Source: Gemmatimonadales bacterium (GTDB lineage: Bacteria; Gemmatimonadota; Gemmatimonadetes; Gemmatimonadales; GWC2-71-9). Taken from it: DNA of 64,000 nucleotides. Location of the stretch: positions 58,949 through 122,948 of the forward strand of contig WVYX01000293.1 in NCBI GenBank assembly GCA_011772755.1, in the 5' to 3' direction. Of the stretch, positions 35,497 to 44,417 are shown one piece after another. Positions within the stretch are counted from its first letter, which is position 1. Every line of letters begins with the position of its first letter. Under the pieces are notes generated by a model, which had not been told where the DNA came from, did no database searches, and was given only the letters and a program-made list of their open reading frames with translations. The position numbers and the translations under genes are program-made.

Positions 35497-37152
35497 ATGG
35501 TTCATACCGCACTGGCCCGGAAGTACCGACCCACTCATTTCTCGGATCTCGTCGCCCAGGCCCACGTCGCCGCAGGGCTCGCCGGCGCGGTGGCGAAGAA
35601 TCGGGTTGCGCACGCGTACTTGCTGACAGGTCCCCGCGGGGTCGGCAAGACGAGTGCTGCCCGGATTCTCGCCATGGCCCTCAACTGCGAGCGGCGTGAG
35701 GATGGTGGCGGAGAGCCGTGCGGCACCTGCGACTCGTGCCAGCGAATCTGGTCCGGCGCCGCCAACCTCGATGTCGTGGAGATCGACGCCGCCAGCAACC
35801 GGGGTGTGGACGATGCTCGGGAGCTGCGCGAGCGGGCTATGTACGCCGCCAGCGCACCTGACCGCCACAAGGTCTACATCATCGACGAAGCGCACATGCT
35901 CACCCGCGAGGCGTGGAACGCGCTGCTCAAGATCCTGGAGGAGCCCCCGCCCCGGGTGGTCTTCGTGTTCGCCACGACCGAGCCGCAGAAGATCGCCAAC
36001 ACCGCAGCGCCGGTATTGAGCCGGCTCCAGCGGTTTGACTTCCGGCGCATCGGCCCCCGCATGATCGTCGACCGGTTGAAGTTTGTCGCGGAGCAGGAAG
36101 GGGTCGCGGTCGACGACGACGCCCTGCTGCTCATCGCTCGTGTCGCGCATGGAGCCATGCGTGATGCCCTCTCTCTAGTCGATCAAGCGCTTGCCTTCGG
36201 GGAGGGACCCGTCACGGCGGCCAGGGTGCGTGAGGCCCTGGGTCTCATTGACGACGAGATGTACGCCGAGCTGCTGGACATCGTGGCCCAGCGTCGTACT
36301 CAGGATGTGTTCCCACTCGTGGCGCGCTTGGTCGAAGGGGGAGCTGACCTGGCGGAGTTTGTGGGTGGGGCAGGCGAGGCACTCCGGGCGCTGCTGGTTC
36401 GGATTCTGGGCGGCCAGTCGGAGGGGTTGACCGACACGTTGCGGGCGGCGGTTGAGCGGCACGCTGCCGGGTATACCGAGGGCGACATCTTGCGAATGCT
36501 GAAGCTGCTGGGTGAGGCGGAAGGGGCTATTCGGCGGAGCCCTCACGCTCGGCTCCACGTGGAGACCCTGCTGCTACAGTGGACCCTACTTGACCGGACG
36601 GTCGAGCTGGCCGAGGTGCTCCAGTCCCTGGGTGGTGGGGCTGGAGGGCCCGCGCCGCCCGGGAATCCCCCGGATCCGCGCCGGAGCGCGCCGCCCATGG
36701 CAGGCCAGAAGCCGACAGCAGCGAGAGCCCGTCGGGCTGCGGCCCGCCCCCAAGAAGGCCCGCTCACCCTCGACGGGCTCACCGAGGCCTGGCCCGCTAT
36801 CCTGGCGACGGTGGGTGAGCAGCGCCGGGTGGTGCGGGAGGCCCTCGGTCACGCCGCCCCGGCGTCGGTTGCCGGGAACGACGTTACCCTTGAGGTATCC
36901 GACAGCGAAGTGCATCTGGAAGGTCTCGAACGGAGCCGGGCGCTCGTGGCGGAGGCGATCGCCACGGTCACGGGTCAGCCAGTGCGGATCAGTTACCGAG
37001 CTGCGTCCGGGAGTGGGGAGCCCGAGCCTCCGGCGAACTCCGCCCGGCTCGACCGGGAGGCGGATCGGGAGGAGCGGCTCAGGCAATATCGCGCCACGGA
37101 TCCTACTCTCGATGCAGTGGCCGAGGCGCTCGATCTCGAGCTACTGGAGTAG
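35497..37152 (+). CDS. dnaX: DNA polymerase III subunit gamma/tau
   Basis: GPRGVGKTS Walker A, zinc module CGTCDSC, IIDEAHML, SRLQRF. Confidence 0.92.
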   Translation: MVHTALARKYRPTHFSDLVAQAHVAAGLAGAVAKNRVAHAYLLTGPRGVGKTSAARILAMALNCERREDGGGEPCGTCDSCQRIWSGAANLDVVEIDAASNRGVDDARELRERAMYAASAPDRHKVYIIDEAHMLTREAWNALLKILEEPPPRVVFVFATTEPQKIANTAAPVLSRLQRFDFRRIGPRMIVDRLKFVAEQEGVAVDDDALLLIARVAHGAMRDALSLVDQALAFGEGPVTAARVREALGLIDDEMYAELLDIVAQRRTQDVFPLVARLVEGGADLAEFVGGAGEALRALLVRILGGQSEGLTDTLRAAVERHAAGYTEGDILRMLKLLGEAEGAIRRSPHARLHVETLLLQWTLLDRTVELAEVLQSLGGGAGGPAPPGNPPDPRRSAPPMAGQKPTAARARRAAARPQEGPLTLDGLTEAWPAILATVGEQRRVVREALGHAAPASVAGNDVTLEVSDSEVHLEGLERSRALVAEAIATVTGQPVRISYRAASGSGEPEPPANSARLDREADREERLRQYRATDPTLDAVAEALDLELLE

Positions 37153-37227
37153 CTTGCCATGCTATCCTGGCCGGGGTAGGTTGCAGCCAAGCGGCGTTAG
37201 ACTCGTATCTGATTGACATTCATAGGT

Positions 37228-37545
37228 ATGGCTGATCTTTCTCAACTGTTTCAGCTTGGCCAGCAGGTCCAGGGTCGCCTGACCCAGATGCAGACGGAAC
37301 TCGCCCAGCGCAGCGTGGTGGGTTCCGCCGGCGGTGGTATGGTCAAGGTGACCGCCGATGGGCGGGGGCAGATCCGCTCCGTCGAGATCGATCCCGCGGT
37401 GGCAGCCGAGGGCGACGTCGAGATGCTCGAGGACCTCGTCCTCGCAGCGGTGACCGACGCTCAACGCAAGGCAGAGGAACTCTACCGTAGCGAATTGAAC
37501 AAGCTCACCGGCGGACTACCGCTACCGTTCCAGTTTCCGCTCTAG
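37228..37545 (+). CDS. ybaB: YbaB/EbfC nucleoid-associated protein
   Basis: Trimmed to ATG 37228; GGGMVKVTADGRGQIRSVEIDP; dnaX-ybaB-recR synteny. Confidence 0.88.
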   Translation: MADLSQLFQLGQQVQGRLTQMQTELAQRSVVGSAGGGMVKVTADGRGQIRSVEIDPAVAAEGDVEMLEDLVLAAVTDAQRKAEELYRSELNKLTGGLPLPFQFPL

Positions 37546-37549
37546 GGCC

Positions 37550-38146
37550 GTGTCGGCGATTGAGGAGCTGATCGGGGAGTTTGCCAAGCTCCCTGGCATC
37601 GGAAGAAAGACGGCGACACGCCTCACCTATTTCCTGCTCAAGCAGCCAGGCGACGCGGCGCGCCGCCTCGCCGACGCGGTTCACGGCATCGCCGATCGGG
37701 TCCGTCCCTGCTCCGTGTGCGGCAATCTCGGTGAGGTCGATCCCTGTGCCATCTGCGCGGATCCGCGCCGCGACACCAGTGTAATCTGTGTGGTGGAAGA
37801 GGCATCGGACATCGGCGCGATCGAGCGCACCGGCGAGTATCGCGGGCTGTACCACGTCCTGGGCGGCCACCTGTCGCCCCTCGACGGCGTAGGGCCGGAC
37901 GACCTGCGCATCGAGGGGCTGCGTGTGCGGCTGGAGAACGGCACCACGATTCGGGAGATCATCGTCGCCACGAACCCGTCGATGGAGGGTGAGGTAACCG
38001 CCACCTACGTTCGGGGCGTGGTGGAGCGGCCTGGCGTCCGTGTGACGCGCATCGCATTGGGGTTGCCCGTAGGAGGCGATCTTGAATACGCGGACAGTGT
38101 GACTATCGCCCGGGCGCTTGCCGCCCGTCGGGAGATGGCGACATGA
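37550..38146 (+). CDS. recR: Recombination protein RecR
   Basis: LPGIGRKTATRL HhH, C4 zinc finger CSVCGNL...CAIC, Toprim segment. Confidence 0.92.
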   Translation: MSAIEELIGEFAKLPGIGRKTATRLTYFLLKQPGDAARRLADAVHGIADRVRPCSVCGNLGEVDPCAICADPRRDTSVICVVEEASDIGAIERTGEYRGLYHVLGGHLSPLDGVGPDDLRIEGLRVRLENGTTIREIIVATNPSMEGEVTATYVRGVVERPGVRVTRIALGLPVGGDLEYADSVTIARALAARREMAT

Positions 38147-38415
38147 TGGGACCGAGGACGCGTGCCTTGTTGTTGGCACTGGGGGTTGGCACCGCTCTGG
38201 GTGCTGTGCTAGCGCAGCATTCCATGGGACGGCACCGCCGAGATCTGTTCAGCGCACACCCCTTGCGCCGACTGTCCGCGCTGGGCTATCTCAACGGGCA
38301 TCCGAGCGTCGAGGCGGTGCGGTTGCTGCGGGACTACCTCAGCTGGGAGCAGCACCCCATGTTGCGGCGCCGTGCCGAAGGCATCGTCCGACGCATGGAA
38401 GCAAGGCTAGGCTAG
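38143..38415 (+). CDS. Hypothetical membrane-anchored protein
   Basis: 90 aa, ATGA overlap with recR, N-terminal TM (ALLLALGVGTALGAVLA). Confidence 0.5.
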   Translation: MMGPRTRALLLALGVGTALGAVLAQHSMGRHRRDLFSAHPLRRLSALGYLNGHPSVEAVRLLRDYLSWEQHPMLRRRAEGIVRRMEARLG

Positions 38416-38427
38416 GGCGAGGAGCCA

Positions 38428-38928
38428 ATGACTGGTGCCGGCACCTGGTCGCTGGATGAGGGCGACCACCAGAGGATCACCGAGCACTTGACCGACCTGC
38501 TAAAGGAGTCCAGTGCTCGCTGCGCGCTCTTGGTGGACCGGACGGGCCAGTTGCTGGCGAATGCCGGCGAGCAACTCTCGTTTGACACTTCGGCCTTCGC
38601 GTCCCTCACCGCCGCCGACTTCAGCGCCAACGACCAGTTGGCCAAGATGATCGGGGAGCCCGAGTTTGCCTCGCTGTTCCACCAGGGTGAGAAGGAGTCC
38701 ATGTACCTCGCCGACGTCGCCCGGCGAGTGATCCTGGTGGTGCTGTTCGACCAACGAACTACCGTTGGCATGGTGCGACTTCGGGTCAAGCAGACGGTGG
38801 CTGATCTGGGCAACCTGTTCGAGGAGATGTTCGCTCGGGCTGCGTCGGCGGAGGCCGGAGGCGCTGAGAAGAAGCCTGGACTGCTGGAAGGTGCCGAGGA
38901 CGAAATCGACAGACTGTTTGGGGACTAG
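38428..38928 (+). CDS. mglB: Roadblock/LC7 domain protein, MglB-like GTPase-activating protein
   Basis: Roadblock-like core (ARCALLVDRTGQLLANAG...), immediately upstream of mglA as in Myxococcus mglBA. Confidence 0.75.
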   Translation: MTGAGTWSLDEGDHQRITEHLTDLLKESSARCALLVDRTGQLLANAGEQLSFDTSAFASLTAADFSANDQLAKMIGEPEFASLFHQGEKESMYLADVARRVILVVLFDQRTTVGMVRLRVKQTVADLGNLFEEMFARAASAEAGGAEKKPGLLEGAEDEIDRLFGD

Positions 38929-38946
38929 GGGGAGGCGGCGTCGACG

Positions 38947-39621
38947 ATGTCGATGATCAACTACGCTTCCCGTGAGATCAACTGCAAGCTCGTCTACTAC
39001 GGCCCGGGGTTGGGCGGGAAGACGACCAACTTGGAGCACGTCTTCAACAAGGTCGCACCCGACACCCGTGGCAAGATGGTATCCCTCGCGACAGAGACCG
39101 AGCGGACGCTGTTCTTCGACTTCCTGCCAGTCGATCTGGGAACGATCCGGGGTTTCAAGACGCGGTTTCACCTCTACACCGTTCCGGGTCAGGTGTACTA
39201 CAACGCGTCGCGGAAGCTCATCCTCAAAGGTGTGGACGGCGTGGTCTTCGTGGCCGATAGCCAGCTCGAGCGGATGGAAGCGAACGTGGAGTCCATGCAG
39301 AACCTGTACGACAACATGGCAGAGTACGGGTACGATCTGACCCAGATTCCCTTCGTGTTACAGTACAACAAGCGCGATCTCCCCAATGCCGCGCCCGTCA
39401 AGGAGTTGGAGGCGCAGCTGAATCCCGGCTGGCCGGTGGACGATCCGGCCAGGCAGAAGGCGGCGGCCGACCCCTGGCATCAGGGGGAGATGCTCATCAA
39501 GCAGGTCGACGGCACCTGGGTCGAGAAGGCGCCGTATTTCGAGTCGGTTGCCGTCACGGGCGACGGGGTCTTCGACACGCTCAGGGCGGTCGCGAAGCTG
39601 GTGCTCAGGACTCTGAGCTAG
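38947..39621 (+). CDS. mglA: MglA-type Ras-like GTPase (with ~30-aa insertion)
   Basis: [50 protein letters not shown] nearly identical to M. xanthus MglA as I recall it. Confidence 0.88.
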   Translation: MSMINYASREINCKLVYYGPGLGGKTTNLEHVFNKVAPDTRGKMVSLATETERTLFFDFLPVDLGTIRGFKTRFHLYTVPGQVYYNASRKLILKGVDGVVFVADSQLERMEANVESMQNLYDNMAEYGYDLTQIPFVLQYNKRDLPNAAPVKELEAQLNPGWPVDDPARQKAAADPWHQGEMLIKQVDGTWVEKAPYFESVAVTGDGVFDTLRAVAKLVLRTLS

Positions 39622-39629
39622 GGGCGGCA

Positions 39630-40295
39630 ATGGTCTGGACCATCGCGAACATCTTGACGGTTGCGCGGATCGCGCTGGCTCCCGTAATCGCGCTGTTGCC
39701 CTTCATCAGCGGTTGGGTCCCCAAGCTCATTGCGTTCGTGGTCTTCGTGGCCGCCGCGATCAGCGACATCTACGACGGGAGACTGGCGCGGAGCCGGGGC
39801 GAGACGACCGATCTCGGCAAGATGCTAGACCCGTTGGCCGACAAGCTGCTGCTGATAGCCACACTCATCCCGATCTACGTAATCACGCGCAAGATGGCGC
39901 AGTACGAGATCCCGTGGTGGGGTAGCCTGCCGGCCTGGGTCGCGATCCTGCTGATCGGGCGCGAGGTGGCGATGACCGTGTTCCGCCACGTGGCGAAGAA
40001 GCGCGGCGTGGTGATCGCCGCCGGGGGCGCCGGGAAGGTCAAGACCATCGTGCAGGATATCTTCATCGGTGCCACGATCGCCTGGTTCGCCTGGCAAGAC
40101 ATGCGGGCCTCGTTCGGGTGGGAGCGGGGGTGGATGGGCTCCTTCTGGGAACGCTTCCACGGCACCGTGGTGGCGACCACATTGGCCGTTGCCATCCTGC
40201 TGACCGCCTACTCGCTCGCCGTGTACATCTACCGGTACCGGGCGCTCTTCCGGGGGACGCCGGCGGCCCACGGCGCCTCCGGCGATGGATCTTGA
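39630..40295 (+). CDS. pgsA: CDP-alcohol phosphatidyltransferase (PgsA-like)
   Basis: DIYDGRLAR...G...DPLADK signature. Confidence 0.8.
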   Translation: MVWTIANILTVARIALAPVIALLPFISGWVPKLIAFVVFVAAAISDIYDGRLARSRGETTDLGKMLDPLADKLLLIATLIPIYVITRKMAQYEIPWWGSLPAWVAILLIGREVAMTVFRHVAKKRGVVIAAGGAGKVKTIVQDIFIGATIAWFAWQDMRASFGWERGWMGSFWERFHGTVVATTLAVAILLTAYSLAVYIYRYRALFRGTPAAHGASGDGS

Positions 40296-41556
40296 GCTCG
40301 TCACAGTAGGCAGCGAACTCCTGCTGGGGTTCACCCTCGACACCAACGCGGCAGAGATTGCACGCGCCCTGGCTTCGGTTGGGGCGCGTGTCACGACGAG
40401 AACCACCGTCGGCGACAGCGAGCCGGCGATCCGGGACGCGGTCGCTGGTGCCCTGCGCCGCACCGGCTTAGTCGTGGTTACCGGTGGGCTGGGACCCACG
40501 AGCGACGACGTGACGAAGAAGGCTGTGGCTGGACTGTTCGACGCCCCGCTAGAGCTGGATCAGCAGTACCTCCGGAGGCTCGAACAGCGGTTCGCCCGGC
40601 TGGGACGGGGTCCCATGCCGCCGAGCAACCGCACGCAGGCAGAGTTTCCCCGCGGGGCGACCGTGCTCCCGAACCGCCGCGGCACAGCACCGGCATTGTG
40701 GTTGGACGGGGCACCTGGAACGGCCGTCCTGCTCCCTGGGGTGCCTCACGAAATGCGCGCCCTGCTCCGTGAGGAACTGATTCCGCGGGTCCGGAGCCTC
40801 GTCGAAGCCCGCCATGAGACCCCGGTGACCACCCGTTGGCGAACCCTCCGGACCACTGGGACCACCGAGTCGGCGATCGCGAGCGCTCTGGCCGATCTGG
40901 AGGCCGGGCTCGCACCTGTCACCGTTGCATACTTGCCGGGGTTCAGCGGTGTGGATCTGCGCCTGATGGTGTCGGGACTTCGCGAACCTGAGGCCGACGC
41001 AGCCCTCCACCGGGCGGCGGAACGTGTGCTGCCGGTCCTGGACGCCCACTACTACGGGGAGGGGGACACCGATCTCGCGATGGTGGTGCTGGATCAGCTT
41101 AGAGCCCGGCGTATGAGGCTCGCGGTGGCTGAATCCTGCACCGGGGGGTTGATTGGCGCCCGCATCACCGCCATCCCCGGCTCGTCGGAGGTGTTCGCCG
41201 GGGGTGTGGTCAGCTACGCGGATGACTCCAAGGTGAGGGACCTCGAGGTGCCGGGGTCGCTGCTGGAGGCCCACGGAGCGGTGAGCGAGCCGGTAGTTCG
41301 GGCAATGATGGCGGGGGCAGCGCGCCGGTTCGGCGTCGAGGCCAGTGTGGCCGTCACGGGGATTGCGGGGCCGGCTGGGGGGAGCGAGGGAAAGCCGGTG
41401 GGAACGGTGTGGCTCGCGGCCAGGGCCGGGGGGCGGGATAGAGCCGTCCTACGGCGCTTCCCGGGGGGCAGGGAAGCCGTCCGCCAGCGCAGCGCCCAGG
41501 CAGCGCTGGACCTCCTGCGACGCCTGCTGAGCGGCGTCAGGGCGGAGCGGCGGTAG
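40285..41556 (+). CDS. cinA: CinA family competence/damage-inducible protein (MoCF + nicotinamide-nucleotide amidase)
   Basis: N-terminal MoCF-binding (VVVTGGLGPTSDD) and C-terminal PncC-like (AESCTGG) domains. Confidence 0.88.
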   Translation: MDLELVTVGSELLLGFTLDTNAAEIARALASVGARVTTRTTVGDSEPAIRDAVAGALRRTGLVVVTGGLGPTSDDVTKKAVAGLFDAPLELDQQYLRRLEQRFARLGRGPMPPSNRTQAEFPRGATVLPNRRGTAPALWLDGAPGTAVLLPGVPHEMRALLREELIPRVRSLVEARHETPVTTRWRTLRTTGTTESAIASALADLEAGLAPVTVAYLPGFSGVDLRLMVSGLREPEADAALHRAAERVLPVLDAHYYGEGDTDLAMVVLDQLRARRMRLAVAESCTGGLIGARITAIPGSSEVFAGGVVSYADDSKVRDLEVPGSLLEAHGAVSEPVVRAMMAGAARRFGVEASVAVTGIAGPAGGSEGKPVGTVWLAARAGGRDRAVLRRFPGGREAVRQRSAQAALDLLRRLLSGVRAERR

Positions 41557-41580
41557 CACATGGCGATTCGGCAGCGCCCG

Positions 41581-41611
41581 TTGCTGCGGTTCTTGTTTCG
41601 TGAGCTATAAT
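41581..41611 (+). promoter_or_regulatory. Candidate promoter of grpE-dnaJ
   Basis: Perfect TATAAT at 41606-11 in a GC-rich genome, TTGCTG 19 nt upstream; no CIRCE element seen. Confidence 0.3.
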
Positions 41612-41666
41612 TCGATGGCGCCGGCGGGATCCGTCGGGCCCTGAGCATCCTGATAACCGAGTGAGT

Positions 41667-42377
41667 ATGGCGAAGAGAAAGAAGTCCAGACGCAAGCCGC
41701 GGGCCGCTACCGGCGATGTGGCACAGATGGCCGATCCCGAAGCGACGGCTGAATCGGCGGTGGAGCACGATTTCGACTCTGCAACCGAGACGGTTGAACC
41801 GGATTCGGCGCTGCCGACCTCAGGCGAGGCGGAGGCCGGGCTGGGGACTGGTGTCGGGCTGGTCGAGCTGCCGGAGGAGGCGGTACGCCGACTTACTGGT
41901 GAGCTCGAGGAGCTGAACGATAAGTACCTCCGTCTGGCGGCCGAGTTTGACAACTATCGCAAGCGGATGGCTCGGGAGCGGTCCGAAACCTGGGGACGGG
42001 CCCAGGCCGAGCTTGTCAAGAACGTGCTGGATGCCCTGGACGATCTCGGGCGGGTTGTGAGTCTCGACGTGGCTCAGGCCAACGTCGAGGATGTGGTTGC
42101 CGGAGTGGATCTGGTGGAGCGCAAGCTCATGCGCCAGCTGGAGGCCGCCGGACTCGGGCGGCTGGGGGTGGAGGGGGAGACGTTTGACCCCAACTACCAT
42201 GAGGCCGTCGGAGCTATGCCGGCCGCTTCGATGGAGCAGGATGGCACTGTGGCGGCTGTGCTTCAGCCGGGGTATCGTCTCGGCAGCATGCTCGTCCGAC
42301 CGGCGCGGGTTCGGGTCTTTCTGGCCAGTGAGGCTCCAGTGGAAGAGACGGCTTCGGAGGATGGACACGAGGCGTAA
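41667..42377 (+). CDS. grpE: Nucleotide exchange factor GrpE
   Basis: YLRLAAEFDNYRKR and C-terminal beta domain; start ATG 41667 or GTG 41661. Confidence 0.9.
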   Translation: MAKRKKSRRKPRAATGDVAQMADPEATAESAVEHDFDSATETVEPDSALPTSGEAEAGLGTGVGLVELPEEAVRRLTGELEELNDKYLRLAAEFDNYRKRMARERSETWGRAQAELVKNVLDALDDLGRVVSLDVAQANVEDVVAGVDLVERKLMRQLEAAGLGRLGVEGETFDPNYHEAVGAMPAASMEQDGTVAAVLQPGYRLGSMLVRPARVRVFLASEAPVEETASEDGHEA

Positions 42378-42380
42378 GCG

Positions 42381-43466
42381 ATGCCTGCGGTAAAGGACTA
42401 CTACCAGGTGCTGGGCGTGCCGGACAAGGCGTCCTCAGGTGAGATCAAGAAGGCCTACCGGAGCCTCGCGAAGAAGTACCACCCGGACGCGAATCCCAAC
42501 AACAAGGCAGCGGCGGAGCGCTTCAAGGAGATCTCCGAGGCGTACACTGTGTTGAGCGATGCCGACAAGCGAAAGCAGTATGACACGATGCGCAAGTACG
42601 GCGCGTTCGGTGGCGGGGCGGGTGGGGCATGGTCGGGACGTCCCGGTGGTGTGCGTTTCGAAGATCTCGATTTTGGCGGCTTTCCCGGCTTCGGTGGCCT
42701 GGGTGATCTGTTCTCATCGATCTTCGGCAAGGGGAAGCGGACTGCGGCCCCCGAGCCCATCGAGGTGGTGGTGGACATCTCGTTCCGGGTCGCCGCCCTC
42801 GGTGGGAAGGTACCGGTGACCATCGGTGTGACCGAGGCCTGTCCCACATGTGGCGGGTCGGGGGCGGCCCCCGGTGCCCAGGTGAGCACCTGCCAGGAGT
42901 GTAAGGGGAGGGGAACCGTCACCTTTGGTCAGGGAGGCTTCGCCGTTACGCGGCCGTGTCCGGCGTGCCGCGGCCGCGGCAAGGTCGCCAGCGAAGCCTG
43001 CTCCCAGTGCGGCGGCCAGGCTGAGGTCTCGGTGAACAAGCGGCTCCTGGTGACGGTGCCACCTGGAACCGACTCCGGGCAGAAGGTGCGGCTCAAGGGC
43101 CAGGGCCAGCGGGGTCAGGACGGCCGGGCTGCGGGTGATCTGGTGGTGACCTTTCAGGTCCAGCCTGATCGGTTCTTCCGACGGGAAGGGTTGGACATCT
43201 ACTGCACCGTACCGGTGAACTTCGCCCAGGCGGCGCTGGGGACCAAGCTCAAGGTGCGCACGCTCGACGGCCGGCATGTGGTGGTGAAGATCCCGCGCGG
43301 TACGCAGCCGGGCCGCAAGTTTCGCATCAGAGGGCAGGGGATCGAGAAGAACCGCCGCCGCGGCGATCAGTTTGTCGAAATCGCCGTCACCATTCCCGAC
43401 AAGCTCACGGCGGAGCAGGAGGAGGTTCTGAAGCAGTTCGCCGATCAGGTGGGGCTGAAGTACTAG
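42381..43466 (+). CDS. dnaJ: Molecular chaperone DnaJ
   Basis: J domain with HPD, G/F region, four CxxCxGxG zinc motifs. Confidence 0.92.
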   Translation: MPAVKDYYQVLGVPDKASSGEIKKAYRSLAKKYHPDANPNNKAAAERFKEISEAYTVLSDADKRKQYDTMRKYGAFGGGAGGAWSGRPGGVRFEDLDFGGFPGFGGLGDLFSSIFGKGKRTAAPEPIEVVVDISFRVAALGGKVPVTIGVTEACPTCGGSGAAPGAQVSTCQECKGRGTVTFGQGGFAVTRPCPACRGRGKVASEACSQCGGQAEVSVNKRLLVTVPPGTDSGQKVRLKGQGQRGQDGRAAGDLVVTFQVQPDRFFRREGLDIYCTVPVNFAQAALGTKLKVRTLDGRHVVVKIPRGTQPGRKFRIRGQGIEKNRRRGDQFVEIAVTIPDKLTAEQEEVLKQFADQVGLKY

Positions 43467-43474
43467 GACCGCAA

Positions 43475-43504
43475 GGGGAGGTGGGGGAGGAGGGGCAGTG
43501 GGGG
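43475..43504 (+). repeat. Canonical G-quadruplex motif (G4-5 x4, 4-nt loops) of the GGGGAGGTGGGGGAG family
   Basis: GGGGaggtGGGGGaggaGGGGcagtGGGGG, 9 nt after the dnaJ stop. Confidence 0.85.
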
Positions 43505-43550
43505 CAGACAGGATGCCCGGCAGGCTCCTGATCGCGCTCAGCTTCACTCG

Positions 43551-44417
43551 CTATGGCTGAATCCACCTCGCCGCGCTGTCCGGTTTAATCTCCCCCATAC
43601 GCTCTACCACGAAGGTCGCTGAGGGTCCGGGAGTCGACCAGCGGATCACTTCTCCGGTGATGTTGGACAGCGTGAAGGCGAAAAACTGCCCCGTGCCCTC
43701 CTCCCCGAGCAGCAGGTGCATGCGGCCCTGGGCGTCCGCCGCGAGATCGGTGAGGTACGCCGCTTCGCTGAATCTCCAGCGGTAACGCCACCGGATGTTC
43801 CCGTTTTGGTTGTACAGGGTCATCGCGCGGCCCGGGACGACATGGAGCACACCGCCTTGCGCCGCCACGACAAAGCCGGTTCGGGTGCTCTGCTCCACGA
43901 GGGCGAAGGTGGTAACGCTGTCGTCGCTGATGGCCGCCAGCCGCCCGCCCGGTGCCTCTACCACGATGCGTCCGTCCGTGAGCACCGCGAATTGGTGCGG
44001 AGCCGACGCAATCGTGTCCGTCGGTATGCGCCGCTCGACCTCCCACTGGGTAGAGAACACGACGATCGATGACCGGCCGGTCTCTACGTCTGACACGTAC
44101 CACTTGCCGGCGTTCTCTTGGATGTGGTGGGGACTGTGCAGCACGTTCCTCGCCCGCGTGTACACGGCGCCAGTGCGCCGGTCACGGACGATCACTTCGG
44201 GAGAGGCTTGGCGGGTGAAGGCGAGCAGCGTGTCGCCGGCGGCGGCAACTGCCCGTCCGTCGACGAAGACGAGGTCCTCCGCCCCCCCCGGCGCGCCGCA
44301 CGCTGCCACTAGGGCGACGGCGGCGACGCCGAGAGCGGGTCGTCGGATCCGTGACCTACAGATCGAAGAAGATACTGATCTGGAGCACCTTGAATGCGGG
44401 TGCGAGTAGGTCGTCAA
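43551..44417 (-). CDS. 6-bladed beta-propeller-like lipoprotein
   Basis: ALGVAAVALVAACG lipobox; blade-like repeats; the only in-frame start upstream of the signal is TTG 44417, overlapping the upstream gene by 62 nt, so the start is uncertain. Confidence 0.6.
   Translation of the reverse strand: MTTYSHPHSRCSRSVSSSICRSRIRRPALGVAAVALVAACGAPGGAEDLVFVDGRAVAAAGDTLLAFTRQASPEVIVRDRRTGAVYTRARNVLHSPHHIQENAGKWYVSDVETGRSSIVVFSTQWEVERRIPTDTIASAPHQFAVLTDGRIVVEAPGGRLAAISDDSVTTFALVEQSTRTGFVVAAQGGVLHVVPGRAMTLYNQNGNIRWRYRWRFSEAAYLTDLAADAQGRMHLLLGEEGTGQFFAFTLSNITGEVIRWSTPGPSATFVVERMGEIKPDSAARWIQP

Noticed and set aside
41557-41666. Heat-shock operator (CIRCE TTAGCACTC-N9-GAGTGCTAA or HAIR) upstream of grpE-dnaJ
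   Set aside because: No match was found by eye. Only a TATAAT box is present, and it is reported as a low-confidence promoter.
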